Shown: piece by piece, positions 20,199 through 30,716 of the stretch | Layout: each line of letters starts with the position of its first letter | Position numbering within the stretch: the first letter of the stretch is position 1 | DNA from: Cyanobacteria bacterium P01_A01_bin.123 | Lineage (GTDB): Bacteria; Cyanobacteriota; Cyanobacteriia; Phormidesmidales; Phormidesmidaceae | Direction of reading: 5' to 3' | DNA length: 64,000 nt | NCBI GenBank assembly: GCA_039815185.1 | Contig: JBCBZT010000001.1 | Location: 128,001-192,000 of the forward strand | Made by a program: the position numbers and the translations under genes | The notes under the pieces: generated by a model | Database searches by the model: none | Seen by the model: only the letters and a program-made list of their open reading frames with translations | Told to the model about the DNA's origin: nothing

Positions 20199-21152
20199 CT
20201 ACCTGGAATGAAACTCTACTGTGTTCTGGCGGATAGTAATGTCAAAATCACCAAAGACGTCATGGCCTAAGAGTCCCACTTCGAGTTCTGGCCCTGCGAT
20301 CGCGACCTGCACATCTGTCTCCACAATGCCACCTACTTGAATGACGTCAATGATCCCGACCGAAAAAGTGACGCTTGACGAACTTGCAGTGGCGACACGA
20401 GTGCGGCCAATCGGGATGATATTGAGGCTGTTGGCCATGCTAGGGGTAATCAATGTACCGCTGGCCCCGGTGTCTAAAATCATGTCATAGCGCTGGCCGT
20501 TAAAGTTTACCGGAACGACTGGGGTGCCCGATAATCGTCTCAAGATAGGGACTTGATGCACCCTTGAGGTCGGTTGAGTAGAGTTTGCTGCTGTGGGTGC
20601 AGCCTGGGGTGTCGGTTGAGCGGTTCTAGGATTGGACGATGGTACCGTTATGGGTGCTTGAGATGCCGCAATAATTTGCTCGGCTTGCTGCTGGGCATAT
20701 TGAAAGTTGCGTTGATATTCGCCGATTTTCTGTTGAGCATTGGCTCGATTGGGGTCGTCCTCGGGTACTGATTCCAACAGATCGATGGCCTGTTGCCAAC
20801 GACTGGCCACTAAGCGCCATTCGTCAGGCGATCGCGCTGTTTGACTAAAGTTGTAGGCACTAGAGGCGCGGTTGACTCCCTGGGCATAAAATTCGCTGGC
20901 AACCGGCTCCGGTTCCGGTGGAGCTGCTGCTGGGGTTGTTTCTGAGACGGTTTCTGAGCTAGCCGTTGATGCCGCTGGATCAGAGGCTGTCTGGTCAGGG
21001 CTAGACGCAGGTGCAACCGTTGTCGAGAGAGGCTGATCAGCTGATTGATCACGACACCCTCCAACTAGTATGACTAAGCTGCCAGCTAGCAGCCCCACCC
21101 CTATCAATGCCTTGGAGATTATCGTCCTGAAAGAGAGGGTTTGTAGAGACAT
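20199..21152 (-). CDS. Retropepsin-like aspartic protease, probable lipoprotein
   Basis: ILDTGAS and GLLGHD motifs; LVGGC lipobox-like N-terminus; WQQAI helical domain. Confidence 0.85.
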   Translation of the reverse strand: MSLQTLSFRTIISKALIGVGLLAGSLVILVGGCRDQSADQPLSTTVAPASSPDQTASDPAASTASSETVSETTPAAAPPEPEPVASEFYAQGVNRASSAYNFSQTARSPDEWRLVASRWQQAIDLLESVPEDDPNRANAQQKIGEYQRNFQYAQQQAEQIIAASQAPITVPSSNPRTAQPTPQAAPTAANSTQPTSRVHQVPILRRLSGTPVVPVNFNGQRYDMILDTGASGTLITPSMANSLNIIPIGRTRVATASSSSVTFSVGIIDVIQVGGIVETDVQVAIAGPELEVGLLGHDVFGDFDITIRQNTVEFHSR

Positions 21153-21333
21153 GGTTTTGCAAGGACACGGTTTTAGGGAGTTGCCGACGACCAAATCCGG
21201 TTAGCGCCAAAAGTCGTTAATTGTTAACTACCCATTATCTTAGCGACGCATGCGCTATTCAAAGCTTTCCCGGAGGCTTTACGATAGTAGCGCTCGTGCT
21301 ACAGCATTTAAGCCAGCATTTAGGAATGTGTTT

Positions 21334-22500
21334 ATGTCTGTGATTACAAAGCCGGCCCTCTTGGTGCTCAACGACGGTACGGTTTATTCAGGGTTCTCCT
21401 TTGGTGCGCCGGGAACAACGATGGGAGAAGTGGTCTTCAACACCGGGATGACGGGTTACCAAGAAGTCCTCACTGACCCTAGCTATCAGGGTCAAATCAT
21501 CACGTTTACTTACCCAGAGTTGGGCAATACCGGGGTCAATCCAGAAGATGAAGAATCGGCCTATCCCCACGTTAAGGGCGCGATCGCCCGTAATATTTGC
21601 CACCGCCCCAGCAACTGGCGAGCCACCCAGTCTTTGCCTGACTATCTGAAACAGCATAATATTCCCGGCATTTATGGCATCGATACCCGTGCCCTAACCC
21701 GAAAGCTCCGCACTGTTGGGGCTATGAATGGGGTCATTTCTAGCGAAATCTTAGATGCGAATGAACTGCTACGGCAGCTCCAAGATGCCCCCAATATGGA
21801 GGGGCTCAACCTGGTGCAGGAAGTGTCTACCCCTGAAGTTTACGAGTGGACTGAAACCACCGACCCAGTTTGGGCCTTTGGTCCCCAATCAGCCTCCGGA
21901 TCAGCATCCTCCCCAGCAGATCCCCTGACAGTGGTGGCTATTGACTTTGGCGTCAAACGCAACATTTTGCGACGACTTGCCAGCTATGGTTGCCGGGTAA
22001 TTGTGGTGCCGGTAGATACAGCGCCTGAAAAAATTCTCGATTATCAACCCGACGGTATTTTTCTCTCCAATGGCCCTGGGGATCCAGCGGCAGTGGTGGA
22101 AGCGCCCAAAATTATCCAAGCCCTGTTTGAGAGCCAAGTACCGACCTTTGGCATTTGTATGGGGCACCAAATTTTAGGATTATCCCTGGGGGCAAAAACA
22201 TTCAAGCTTAAGTTTGGTCATCGGGGACTCAACCAACCCTGTGGGCTGACCCGTCGGGTAGAAATTACCAGTCAAAACCACGGCTTTGCCATTGATGCAG
22301 ACTCAATTAACGCTGCTGATGTAGAAATCACCCACCTGAATTTGAACGATCGCACGGTGGCGGGAATCCGCCATAAAACCCTACCGATTTTCTCCGTGCA
22401 GTATCATCCTGAAGCCAGTCCTGGCCCCCACGACGCTGATTATCTGTTTGAACAATTTGTCAATTCAATGCTGGCCCATCGCCGAGATCAGGTTGCTTAA
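21334..22500 (+). CDS. carA: Carbamoyl-phosphate synthase small subunit
   Basis: [39 protein letters not shown]. Confidence 0.97.
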   Translation: MSVITKPALLVLNDGTVYSGFSFGAPGTTMGEVVFNTGMTGYQEVLTDPSYQGQIITFTYPELGNTGVNPEDEESAYPHVKGAIARNICHRPSNWRATQSLPDYLKQHNIPGIYGIDTRALTRKLRTVGAMNGVISSEILDANELLRQLQDAPNMEGLNLVQEVSTPEVYEWTETTDPVWAFGPQSASGSASSPADPLTVVAIDFGVKRNILRRLASYGCRVIVVPVDTAPEKILDYQPDGIFLSNGPGDPAAVVEAPKIIQALFESQVPTFGICMGHQILGLSLGAKTFKLKFGHRGLNQPCGLTRRVEITSQNHGFAIDADSINAADVEITHLNLNDRTVAGIRHKTLPIFSVQYHPEASPGPHDADYLFEQFVNSMLAHRRDQVA

Positions 22501-22758
22501 TTAAAGTACGGGAATAACTGCAAAAATTCCCTTGACCCGTTTTATCCATCTCTTAGAACTCACAAGCTTAGGGGTAAATTATCTGGAGCTTGGGCTTGTA
22601 CAGTTGACTATGATTGTCGTATTGTGCTTGGTTTTGATTTAATTCTATTTTAGCGATCGCATCCCCAATCATCTCTAAAGCGTCGTTTTTCGAGGAGTTG
22701 ATTGACGCGATCGCTCTTGAGGGCCAGTCTTTGACCATCGCATTTGAAATCAGAACCA

Positions 22759-22926
22759 TACCAGTTTTTCAAACCTGAACTCTGTTTAGAGGCTGGACAG
22801 ATCCCCCCTTCCTCCCTTACTAAGGAGTACAAGTCCCACCCCAGTTGGAATAGCTCCCTTTGCACGGGGGCGGCGACAGCGGGGGATCTTCAACATCTGG
22901 TGTCGCACTTCTGAGATTTGGGATTA
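22759..22926. repeat. REP-like palindromic intergenic repeat
   Basis: gatccccc (22800) ... gggggatc (22888) with internal ccctt/aagg stems. Confidence 0.5.
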
Positions 22927-23129
22927 GAAAGTCAAAATTTTAAATTGATTTCGACTTTTTTGAATTACTGATTTTGAGTGATGTTGGGTTTTGCTTTTTG
23001 GTATAAACGTCAGCTTCTTATCAAGACTAATCAGGCGCAAAACCCAACCGAATAAGGGGACGATCGCACTTACGGAATATAACGTTGCATTTGGCTTGGC
23101 CGTAAAGCACCCTACTAGCTTTAACTCAC

Positions 23130-26100
23130 TTATTCTCCCTTGCTTTGCAAGTCATTCCACCATATCTCAATAAATGGCTTAATCTCTTGCCTCGCTACGG
23201 TTGAATCGTGTAGGTCGAAGGTGGTTTCACCAATTATTAAGTACCGCAAGCCTCGGTCTTTGAATTTTTTGCGGAGTGCGTTTGATGCTGTGGCCGTACC
23301 TCTTTTGGCGTTCGCCTCGACTAGCTGAGCAACTAACTGGGCAAAGGTCTTCGTTTCGTTTTTGTAGGTGATGCTTAGCTCTGCTAACTCTTCCCTTGCA
23401 ACAGTCTCGGAGCCTGACGCCTCTTCTGCCGCTTTTCGCTTTTTCTCTTTCGATGCGGCTTCCATTGCCTTCCGCTCGTCCCTCGACCCTTCGCTCTTCT
23501 TCCGAGCTAATTCCATTTCATGCTTGAGTTGAACTAGCACCTGTGGCGGATATGCTGTCAGGTCTATCTCATGCGTTGAGTGAGCATCCGCCACGATTAA
23601 CGTGCCGATTTTATCTGTTACATATATTGCATCGTAAACTATTCGGGCGTGCTCCTCGGTAACTTTATCTTCGTTTTTCATCAACTCCGCTACTCCGAGT
23701 TTTTCTAGATGGTAATAAAATTCAGGTAAGCTACTATATTTCTTCTTATTCTCTCGAATTTTTTCTGCGTCCTTGTATTCTGTTCCCTCTTTATACTTTG
23801 CTGCCATTTCTTTTCTTTGTTCATCTTCCTGCTTTCTTCTTTCCTCTGCTTGATCTCTCTCTTTTAACCTCTTGTAATACGCAGGTATCTCAGTTGTCAG
23901 ATCTATTGCTTGTCCCGGTGTCCAATTGTCTTTGCTATCTGTTGACTCTTGTTCCACTTTTTCCTCGTGGTCTGGGAGAATAGAATCACCTAATAAATGT
24001 TTTTGCGTCTCGTGTACTCTCTTATAGTGTGAATTGACCGAACCTGCGTTTTCCTTCATGTATTGAGCCGCACGCTCCGTTTGGTTCTCCGTCGGAATTT
24101 CCATTAAGTGAACCAGAAGAGTTTGGGCTTTGTAAGCTTGATCTCCGCCAGATAAACTACCGTAGTCATCGTCTCCTGCAAAAGAATCGAGTTCGCTCTT
24201 ACTCTTCCCCTTGTAGAATCTATCAGCTGCGTTTGCGGCTGAGCCGAAAGAGTCACCACCATCAAAACCATGTACGTTTATAACTTTGAATTTGCTATTA
24301 TGGGGAAATAAAACCTCTTGTTCTTCTGCCCCCTTGTCTGATACCGGTGAGATATAAGCGCCACCTCCCAAAGAATCAATCACATAATACGTATTACCTG
24401 AAAACGTTTTGATCGTATTAATAGTCGCACTGGTGAAACCAGCTTCTGTTACTACATCTCCCTTTTTATACTGATTTCTTTTTTCTGGTGGCATATTGCC
24501 TCCTCTAAAGCATCGTCCTTTGTAAGGTGGGAGATTATTGATTGCTGCGGAGATTCCCAAAATATAAGGTTGATATAACTGTAGTAGTTCTAAGAGAAGT
24601 TCGTCATTATCTTTGAATTTCTCTTTATAGGCTGTGTTGGGATCTACATGACGTAAAGCATCGTTTATATCAACATATGGTTGATAATGTTTTGCATATC
24701 CCCTTGTATAGATAGCCGTTGAAAGCAAGTCTTTCTTGTCTACTTTAGCAAGACTAGGATGTTGTTTTTTATAGGTGTTTGATTTAAGCATTCTAGTCCC
24801 TTCCTCTATTGGGGACGATGGTAGTTTTTCGCTATCTGGCTTTGGCTGCTCCTCGATCAAATCTGCCAGGCTTCTGTTGCTAGTTACTGTCCTTAAATCG
24901 AGACTCCCATTGAGTAAGGCTTCTCGGAAAAACCGCGCATTATTGGTCGAGGTGGCTAAATCGGCAAGGTTCTGATGTTTAGGCTTGTCAAGCGCTTTAA
25001 CGTCAGGGAGGGCTACTTGCCCCAATGCGTTATTCTCAATATCACCTAGTACCTCTGCCTTCTCTTCGGCGTCATGCTCCTGAAAGTCTTGGTTTAGCTG
25101 CTCATATTTTTCCTCGTTGTCCAAGTTGTTTAAGATCGCTTCTTGAGGATGGGAATCATCATCTGCTATTTGCTGGGGTATCTGCTGTTTTGGGTGATCG
25201 AGGATATGTTGTTGTTTAGCCTTTTTAGGTTTAGCCTTTTTAGGTTTAGCCTTTTTGGATTTGGCATTTTGATTATTATTCTGACCCTTTTGAGCTTTGT
25301 TGTCGGCTTCCCGTAAGTCTGGGCTAAATGGGCCAACTGTCTGCTTCCAAGCGACTGCCTTGACTGCACATATCAAGTCACTTTTGCCCCATGTTTGATG
25401 GCTGTGCGCCAGTTTACGTACCGCTTTTTTGATATGGTCCTCCTTTTTAACTTGAGGTATCTTCTGTTTTTCTATGTATTTCACGGCTTCGCCTTCGCCC
25501 AGAACCCTCTTCTGGCTGGCACCTACTTTAATGGGGGTTTTGAGCAATCGTTGGATTACACCTTGGTGCTGGGGTTCAAGCATCTGCCGCTGCACCGATT
25601 GATTCAGTGCGGCCCCACCTATAATTTCCCCTGGTTGATCAGGGAGATTTACGCCTTCAACCTTAACCGGCTCATTGCGTGCCACCCGCTCGCTATTGTC
25701 ATCAGCATTTTTCTCCAATGCCGGGCTGGCATTAATCGGGGTGCCATTCACATCCGGCTTCAGCGCCATCTGGCTCTGCTGCACCACATGGGTGGCTTCA
25801 TGGGCCAACAGCTTCGGGTCATTCGCCCCACTCGATTGCACCACAATGTCATTCTTCATCGTGTAGCCGTGGGCCTGAATGCTCTGGGTGGCGGCATCAT
25901 CCACATGTACCCGCGCCTGTTGCACCTCGGGATAACCCGATTGCACAAAGTTGTCGCTCACCTGCTTGGGCAACGGACGCCCACTGCCTCTGGGGGTCAG
26001 CTCGACCGCCCCAGCGCCGCCTGCTCCCCCTTCCGGTGCCTTTTGCGCGGCCGCTTCATCCGCCATCACGTCGCGTTGGACGGCAGGTTTCCCAGTCTGA

Positions 26101-26435
26101 GGCATCAGTCTAGGGGCACCCTGGCCTGCTATTACACGCTGCCAGTAATTGTCAGTTTGTGTCGCCTGCATCAACGGCGATTCGGGTCGTCGCTGGACAG
26201 CACTACTGGGGGGATAGACCAGCTTCCTGCGAAGAGTGTCAAGCGTATAGAGTGGGTTGCTTGCTTGCTTGTGGCGTACCTCCATACTGGGACCTGGCTG
26301 AGAACTATCCACTGAAAAAGCATTGTCGGTCTCATCAGTTTCCAGATCGGGTGAGGTGAACAGACTGGGTTGGGGCTGTGGTATGTGTTGCTGTTGCTCC
26401 TGTTCGTAGGCGCGCTTCTTCCGTTGATAGACCAT
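23130..26435 (-). CDS. DUF4157 (eCIS core domain) protein with ADP-ribosyltransferase toxin domain
   Basis: GRPLP..ARVH..QAHGYT..DIVV..LLAHEATHVVQQ; ART motifs YT..Y..IN.ALR, FRG, FTSAT, EQEVLFP; start taken at MVYQRK. Confidence 0.85.
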   Translation of the reverse strand: MVYQRKKRAYEQEQQQHIPQPQPSLFTSPDLETDETDNAFSVDSSQPGPSMEVRHKQASNPLYTLDTLRRKLVYPPSSAVQRRPESPLMQATQTDNYWQRVIAGQGAPRLMPQTGKPAVQRDVMADEAAAQKAPEGGAGGAGAVELTPRGSGRPLPKQVSDNFVQSGYPEVQQARVHVDDAATQSIQAHGYTMKNDIVVQSSGANDPKLLAHEATHVVQQSQMALKPDVNGTPINASPALEKNADDNSERVARNEPVKVEGVNLPDQPGEIIGGAALNQSVQRQMLEPQHQGVIQRLLKTPIKVGASQKRVLGEGEAVKYIEKQKIPQVKKEDHIKKAVRKLAHSHQTWGKSDLICAVKAVAWKQTVGPFSPDLREADNKAQKGQNNNQNAKSKKAKPKKAKPKKAKQQHILDHPKQQIPQQIADDDSHPQEAILNNLDNEEKYEQLNQDFQEHDAEEKAEVLGDIENNALGQVALPDVKALDKPKHQNLADLATSTNNARFFREALLNGSLDLRTVTSNRSLADLIEEQPKPDSEKLPSSPIEEGTRMLKSNTYKKQHPSLAKVDKKDLLSTAIYTRGYAKHYQPYVDINDALRHVDPNTAYKEKFKDNDELLLELLQLYQPYILGISAAINNLPPYKGRCFRGGNMPPEKRNQYKKGDVVTEAGFTSATINTIKTFSGNTYYVIDSLGGGAYISPVSDKGAEEQEVLFPHNSKFKVINVHGFDGGDSFGSAANAADRFYKGKSKSELDSFAGDDDYGSLSGGDQAYKAQTLLVHLMEIPTENQTERAAQYMKENAGSVNSHYKRVHETQKHLLGDSILPDHEEKVEQESTDSKDNWTPGQAIDLTTEIPAYYKRLKERDQAEERRKQEDEQRKEMAAKYKEGTEYKDAEKIRENKKKYSSLPEFYYHLEKLGVAELMKNEDKVTEEHARIVYDAIYVTDKIGTLIVADAHSTHEIDLTAYPPQVLVQLKHEMELARKKSEGSRDERKAMEAASKEKKRKAAEEASGSETVAREELAELSITYKNETKTFAQLVAQLVEANAKRGTATASNALRKKFKDRGLRYLIIGETTFDLHDSTVARQEIKPFIEIWWNDLQSKGE
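25215..25258 (-). repeat. 15-bp coding tandem repeat (KKAKP x3)
   Basis: tttagcctttttagg repeated. Confidence 0.8.
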
Positions 26436-26567
26436 GGATTTTTGCCTCGCTGGCGAGTGAGTTGTTGCGACCAAGCTCCTTAAAAAAGGCTGGTCACGCG
26501 AACATCCCCATGACCCAGCCTCGCTATGCGCCAACGATGACAGAGATCCGCAGCAGAAAAAATCCTG

Positions 26568-26610
26568 AAACTATAAGGTTTATTCAGGAAAACTATAAGG
26601 TTTATTCAGG
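26568..26610. promoter_or_regulatory. Tandem 21-bp direct repeat (22-bp period) upstream of the toxin gene
   Basis: aaactataaggtttattcagg at 26568-26588 and 26590-26610. Confidence 0.5.
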
Positions 26611-27157
26611 TTTAAATTCAGGTATGGCGCTAAGCGGATGTATGAGAAGTCCCAAATGACTGCATTCGCCCCCTTTTCATGTATGCCCGGAAGGCTTTAA
26701 GACCCCTTTCTGGTATGTCCGGAGGGCTATATTCTGGGGAACTTTGAACTTCACACACGGTATTAGGGGGATAGCCCGGTATTTCGACGCGATCGTGATT
26801 CTCCGTTGGGGACACTACGCGATCGCGTCGAGGACAGCACCCCGCGCGGCCATAGCTTCAATCGTTCTGATGTCTTGGGCACTGGCCAGCTTTCGAGGAC
26901 GACCACCTTTAACTTTTTATGTGGCACCTTGGATCCGTTGCGAGAGGGCTCAACAAAGGAGCCCATGCGGAAACTATAAAGGCTAAAAATGCAGAACTTA
27001 AAACCAAAGGTTGAAACGGATGCCAAAGAGCAGGAAACCTCCAAGGCTTTGTCGCTAGACTACTGTATAGAGAACTCAAGAAAAGATTCTTGACTGCCGA
27101 AACAGACAAGAATATACTGAGTCGTCAAATCCATGACAGGTAAACCAGGAGGTTCCC

Positions 27158-27526
27158 ATAGCTGAGTCACTCAACCTAACTGTAAGCCTGAGGGGTACCC
27201 GTGAAGTTAGGGGAGCATGTCAACTCTTTCGACTGACGGGTCTACTAGATGCGTTTTCGGAGCCGACTTTTCGCAAGGTGATGACGAAATGCATTGACGA
27301 TGGTCCCAAGAATGTCATTCTCGACCTTTCTGGCATCGACTTCGTCGATAGTTCCGGACTGGGGGCGCTGGTTCAAGTCGCCAAGAAGGCTCAAACTGCA
27401 GAGGGAACTTTGCAGGTTGTCTCTAATGCTCGCGTTACCCAAACGGTAAAGCTGGTTCGGTTAGAGAAATTCTTGTCGCTCCAGCCCTCCGTAGAGGATG
27501 CGCTGAAAAACGTTAACGAAGGTTAA
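27158..27526 (+). CDS. STAS-domain anti-sigma-factor antagonist (probable ATA start)
   Basis: LDLSGIDFVDSSGLGALV; frame open back to TGA at 27134; AGGAGG at 27147-27152 precedes ATA. Confidence 0.85.
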   Translation: MAESLNLTVSLRGTREVRGACQLFRLTGLLDAFSEPTFRKVMTKCIDDGPKNVILDLSGIDFVDSSGLGALVQVAKKAQTAEGTLQVVSNARVTQTVKLVRLEKFLSLQPSVEDALKNVNEG

Positions 27527-27531
27527 TTCCT

Positions 27532-28026
27532 TTGGAGCTGCCCTCTCAGCCAGTTAGTCATTCTCAACCCAACGATCATAATCAGCAAACAGCCCCAGTG
27601 ATCCTACCGGGGCTGTTTCAACTGCCAGTTACTGATGTTGATCTACGTCGCCTCTCCCCTGGGGCGTTAGCTTACCTGGGGGATGCAGTTTACGAGCTTT
27701 ATGTTCGCAGTTATTACTTGTGGCCTCCTGGACGTGCGCAGCGCTATCACCATCAAGTGGTGGCCCAAGTGAACGCCACTGCCCAAGCCAATCATCTCCA
27801 AACCCTTGAATCTCATTTGACCCCACAAGAGCGGGACATCCTCCGTCGGGGCCGGAATGCTGCTCCTCGGCGTAAAGGACAGGGTGATCCCCAAAAATAT
27901 CAGCAAGCGACTGGATTTGAAACGTTGATTGGGTATCTCTACTTAGCTAATCCCCCGCGCCTTCAGCAAGTTTTGAACTATCTGGTGCTCCCCCCTCCTG
28001 AAGAGGCGTCACCTCCCCACTGCTAG
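27532..28026 (+). CDS. mrnC: Mini-ribonuclease III
   Basis: LAYLGDAVYEL, RRGRNA, YQQATGFETLIGYLY; lies upstream of rlmB. Confidence 0.9.
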   Translation: MELPSQPVSHSQPNDHNQQTAPVILPGLFQLPVTDVDLRRLSPGALAYLGDAVYELYVRSYYLWPPGRAQRYHHQVVAQVNATAQANHLQTLESHLTPQERDILRRGRNAAPRRKGQGDPQKYQQATGFETLIGYLYLANPPRLQQVLNYLVLPPPEEASPPHC

Positions 28027-28038
28027 TCAGGTCTACCT

Positions 28039-29235
28039 ATGACACCTAAACCCCGCAAGAGCAATCATCGCAGTCCACAATCACCTCGTCCCAAAGCTAG
28101 ACGGCAGGGTAAACCAGATGGGGGCGATCGCCCCGTGGGGGATCGATCGTCCTATGGTAAAAGCAGTAAACCCACCCGCAAAGCCTACGGCAGTGATCAT
28201 AATCGCCCCAAGCTGCGGGGAGATGGCAACCGCTCTGAACGCCCCCTAGCGCGTCAGAGTAGACGCGATCGCGATGATCGGGGTGGCGATCGGTGGATTT
28301 CGCGACCTGATCGTGGCGATCGCCAAAATCGTCGCGATCGCGGTGAGCGTTCAAACTTCCAGACGCGGCAGGGAGAGCGTTCTAAGCGTTCAGAGGGCGC
28401 ATCTCGATGGGAACATTCTGCTTCAGCTTCGCCAGGAGTCGCCATCGAAGTGGAGGCCAAAGATAGTGATTTGATTTATGGTCGTCATGCGGTAGAGGCC
28501 GCGATCACGAGCGATCGCGCCCTAAACCGCCTGTGGATTAACGCCAAGCTGCGCTACGACCCCCGCTTTCATACTTTGCTGGCTACGGCCAAGGCAAACG
28601 GTGCAGTAATTGATGAAGTGGATACCCAAAGGCTGAATCAGATTACTCAGGGGGCCAGTCACCAGGGCATTGCCGCCCAAGTATCATCCTATGCCTATGT
28701 TGACCTCGACCATTTGATTGCCCAGGCAGGAGAGCAGGCTAAGCGACCTGTGATCGTAGTCGCTGACGGCATCACCGATCCGCACAATTTAGGGGCGATC
28801 ATTCGTACAGCAGAAGCCATTGGAACTCAAGGGTTAGTCATTCCTCAGCGGCGGGCTGTCGGCATCACGTCATCCGTCGCTAAAGTTGCCGCAGGCGCTT
28901 TAGAAAATCTGCCTGTGGCCCGAGTGGTGAACTTGGGTCGGGCTATGGAAACGTTAAAAGAAGCAGGGTATTGGATCTACGGCACTGCGGTTGACGCTAG
29001 CCAGCCGATTCACACCGTTGAATTTACGTCGCCAACCGTACTGGTGGTGGGGGCAGAAGCAGATGGCCTCAGCCTGTCGATGCAAAAGAGCTGCGATATG
29101 TTGGTGTCATTACCGCTAAAGGGTAAAACTCCAAGCCTAAATGCATCCGTCGCTACAGGCATGGCTCTCTATGAGATCTATCGTCAAGCATGGAGCCGTC
29201 ATTTTGACTTAGATGCTTTGCAAAAGCAAAAGTAA
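28039..29235 (+). CDS. rlmB: 23S rRNA G2251 2'-O-methyltransferase with Arg-rich N-terminal extension
   Basis: [34 protein letters not shown]. Confidence 0.93.
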   Translation: MTPKPRKSNHRSPQSPRPKARRQGKPDGGDRPVGDRSSYGKSSKPTRKAYGSDHNRPKLRGDGNRSERPLARQSRRDRDDRGGDRWISRPDRGDRQNRRDRGERSNFQTRQGERSKRSEGASRWEHSASASPGVAIEVEAKDSDLIYGRHAVEAAITSDRALNRLWINAKLRYDPRFHTLLATAKANGAVIDEVDTQRLNQITQGASHQGIAAQVSSYAYVDLDHLIAQAGEQAKRPVIVVADGITDPHNLGAIIRTAEAIGTQGLVIPQRRAVGITSSVAKVAAGALENLPVARVVNLGRAMETLKEAGYWIYGTAVDASQPIHTVEFTSPTVLVVGAEADGLSLSMQKSCDMLVSLPLKGKTPSLNASVATGMALYEIYRQAWSRHFDLDALQKQK

Positions 29236-29318
29236 CGGAGTATAACAAAACTTGAGGTTTGAATCACTTTCCGATTTTGAGCTCGGAAATTTTTATAGAT
29301 GCAAGTTTAGGGAGTCGT

Positions 29319-29606
29319 ATGAAAAAACTTTTTGGTGGCCTCTTCCAAGGTTTGTTTGCAAATGAGTGGTGGATTGAAATCTCCACGGGTAGCCCTAGGT
29401 GTACTTATTACTTCGGGCCGTTTACGAGTGAAAGTGAAGCAGCAGCCGAAAAACCTGGTTATATCGAAGACTTAGAGCAAGAAGGGGCACAGCAAATTAC
29501 CTCGATAGTTAAGCGATGTGGTCGTCCTGACATGCTTACTGTTGAAGACGATGGCCCAGAAGGTAGGGGGGGCCTCCCCTCACCCGCTTTTAGCAGTCAA
29601 ATCTGA
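29319..29606 (+). CDS. DUF1816 family protein
   Basis: WWIEI.T..PRCTYYFGPF, PGYIEDL..EGA. Confidence 0.85.
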   Translation: MKKLFGGLFQGLFANEWWIEISTGSPRCTYYFGPFTSESEAAAEKPGYIEDLEQEGAQQITSIVKRCGRPDMLTVEDDGPEGRGGLPSPAFSSQI

Positions 29607-29665
29607 CATAACCCCCTAGCGGACAGATTTTAGACTTTAAAGCTGATTGATACAAATCTGTCATC

Positions 29666-29701
29666 ACAACGGCGGCGAAACTATGGTTTCGCCGCCGTTG
29701 T
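29666..29701. terminator. Strong hairpin between convergent genes
   Basis: acaacggcggcgaaac-tatg-gtttcgccgccgttgt, perfect 16-bp stem. Confidence 0.75.
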
Positions 29702-29739
29702 TGCGTTGCCATGCATGCGTTGCTATGAATGTTTCATTG

Positions 29740-30549
29740 TTATGAAAAGGAATGAGCCTCTAGCCAGCGATCGCAGTCGTTAAGCACTTGGTCTGGTATT
29801 TCCCAGGGAAACAGGTGGGCAGTATTGGGGTAGGTATGAAGTTGGCATTGGGTTAAATGCTGGGCAGTTTCGATACTAGACTGAGCCGTAATGTGGCGAT
29901 CGCGTTCGGCACACAGCATCAAACAAGGTTTCTGGATGTGCTGCAAATCAGCCAAACGGTCGTAGCCCGAACGGAGGGCAAGGCTGAGCGCTTGGTTGGC
30001 TTGGCGTGAGGTTTGTAGATAAGCGGGCAACCCTTCAAAAGCGAGTCGCCTATAGGCATCGGTTGTATGCTGTTGCAGCAGATAGCGATAGAGCGATCGC
30101 TTGCCAAAGGTGTCAATGTTCCATTCCCATCCCGGCACTGCCCGATTGATGAGCGAGGCAATTCCAGTATTGATATTGTCTTGCCAGCTCACTGCTGGAT
30201 GGCTGCCACGAGGCCGAGCAGCCGTCGCAACTAAGATCAACCCACTGACCCTCTCCGGCTGCGTCAAGGCCAGTTCTAGGGCCAAAATCCCCCCTAAAGA
30301 CCAGCCTAAAACGACACAGCGTGATACCTGGTGGGCATCAAGCAGTTGCTCTAAATCGTGGAGGTGGTCGGTCATCTTAAAATCAATCGCAGTGTGGCTC
30401 CAACCATAGCCGCGCAGATCAGGTGCTAAAGTACGCCATTGCTTCGACAAATGGGCCGTAAACACGTCCATGCTTTGCCCCGACCCTGGATGACCATGGA
30501 GGCAGAGTAGCGGGTAGCCTTGGCCTTTGACTGAGACATTGAGTTTCAT
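29740..30549 (-). CDS. Alpha/beta hydrolase
   Basis: LHGHPG, PDLRGYG, GWSLGG, AHLFP. Confidence 0.9.
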   Translation of the reverse strand: MKLNVSVKGQGYPLLCLHGHPGSGQSMDVFTAHLSKQWRTLAPDLRGYGWSHTAIDFKMTDHLHDLEQLLDAHQVSRCVVLGWSLGGILALELALTQPERVSGLILVATAARPRGSHPAVSWQDNINTGIASLINRAVPGWEWNIDTFGKRSLYRYLLQQHTTDAYRRLAFEGLPAYLQTSRQANQALSLALRSGYDRLADLQHIQKPCLMLCAERDRHITAQSSIETAQHLTQCQLHTYPNTAHLFPWEIPDQVLNDCDRWLEAHSFS

Positions 30550-30716
30550 TTTGGGGATATCTACTTAAGCCGGGAAAATATGGTAAGGGGAAGCATCCAG
30601 AAGTCAGACTCAAGCAGTCAGACTATAAGCTAGCTTCTAATGCCTGACTTTTGACGCCTGACTTTCCCCCTGGACATAATTTCTCGTCTTGAATTGTCAG
30701 TACTCGTTGTGAACCC

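Noticed and set aside
22568..22865. Small ORFs as an immunity gene for the ART toxin
   Set aside because: They lie more than 250 bp from the toxin, overlap a REP-like repeat, and have no RBS or motifs
25395..26315. 306-aa plus-strand ORF
   Set aside because: Antisense shadow of the DUF4157 gene with no recognisable motifs
26568..26622. Repeats as a CRISPR array or iterons
   Set aside because: Only two units, no spacers, and no cas or rep gene; no CRISPR array was seen anywhere in the window
30595..30670. agtcagac / ctgactt short repeats
   Set aside because: Short, degenerate STRR-like repeats common in filamentous cyanobacteria; no specific function can be supported
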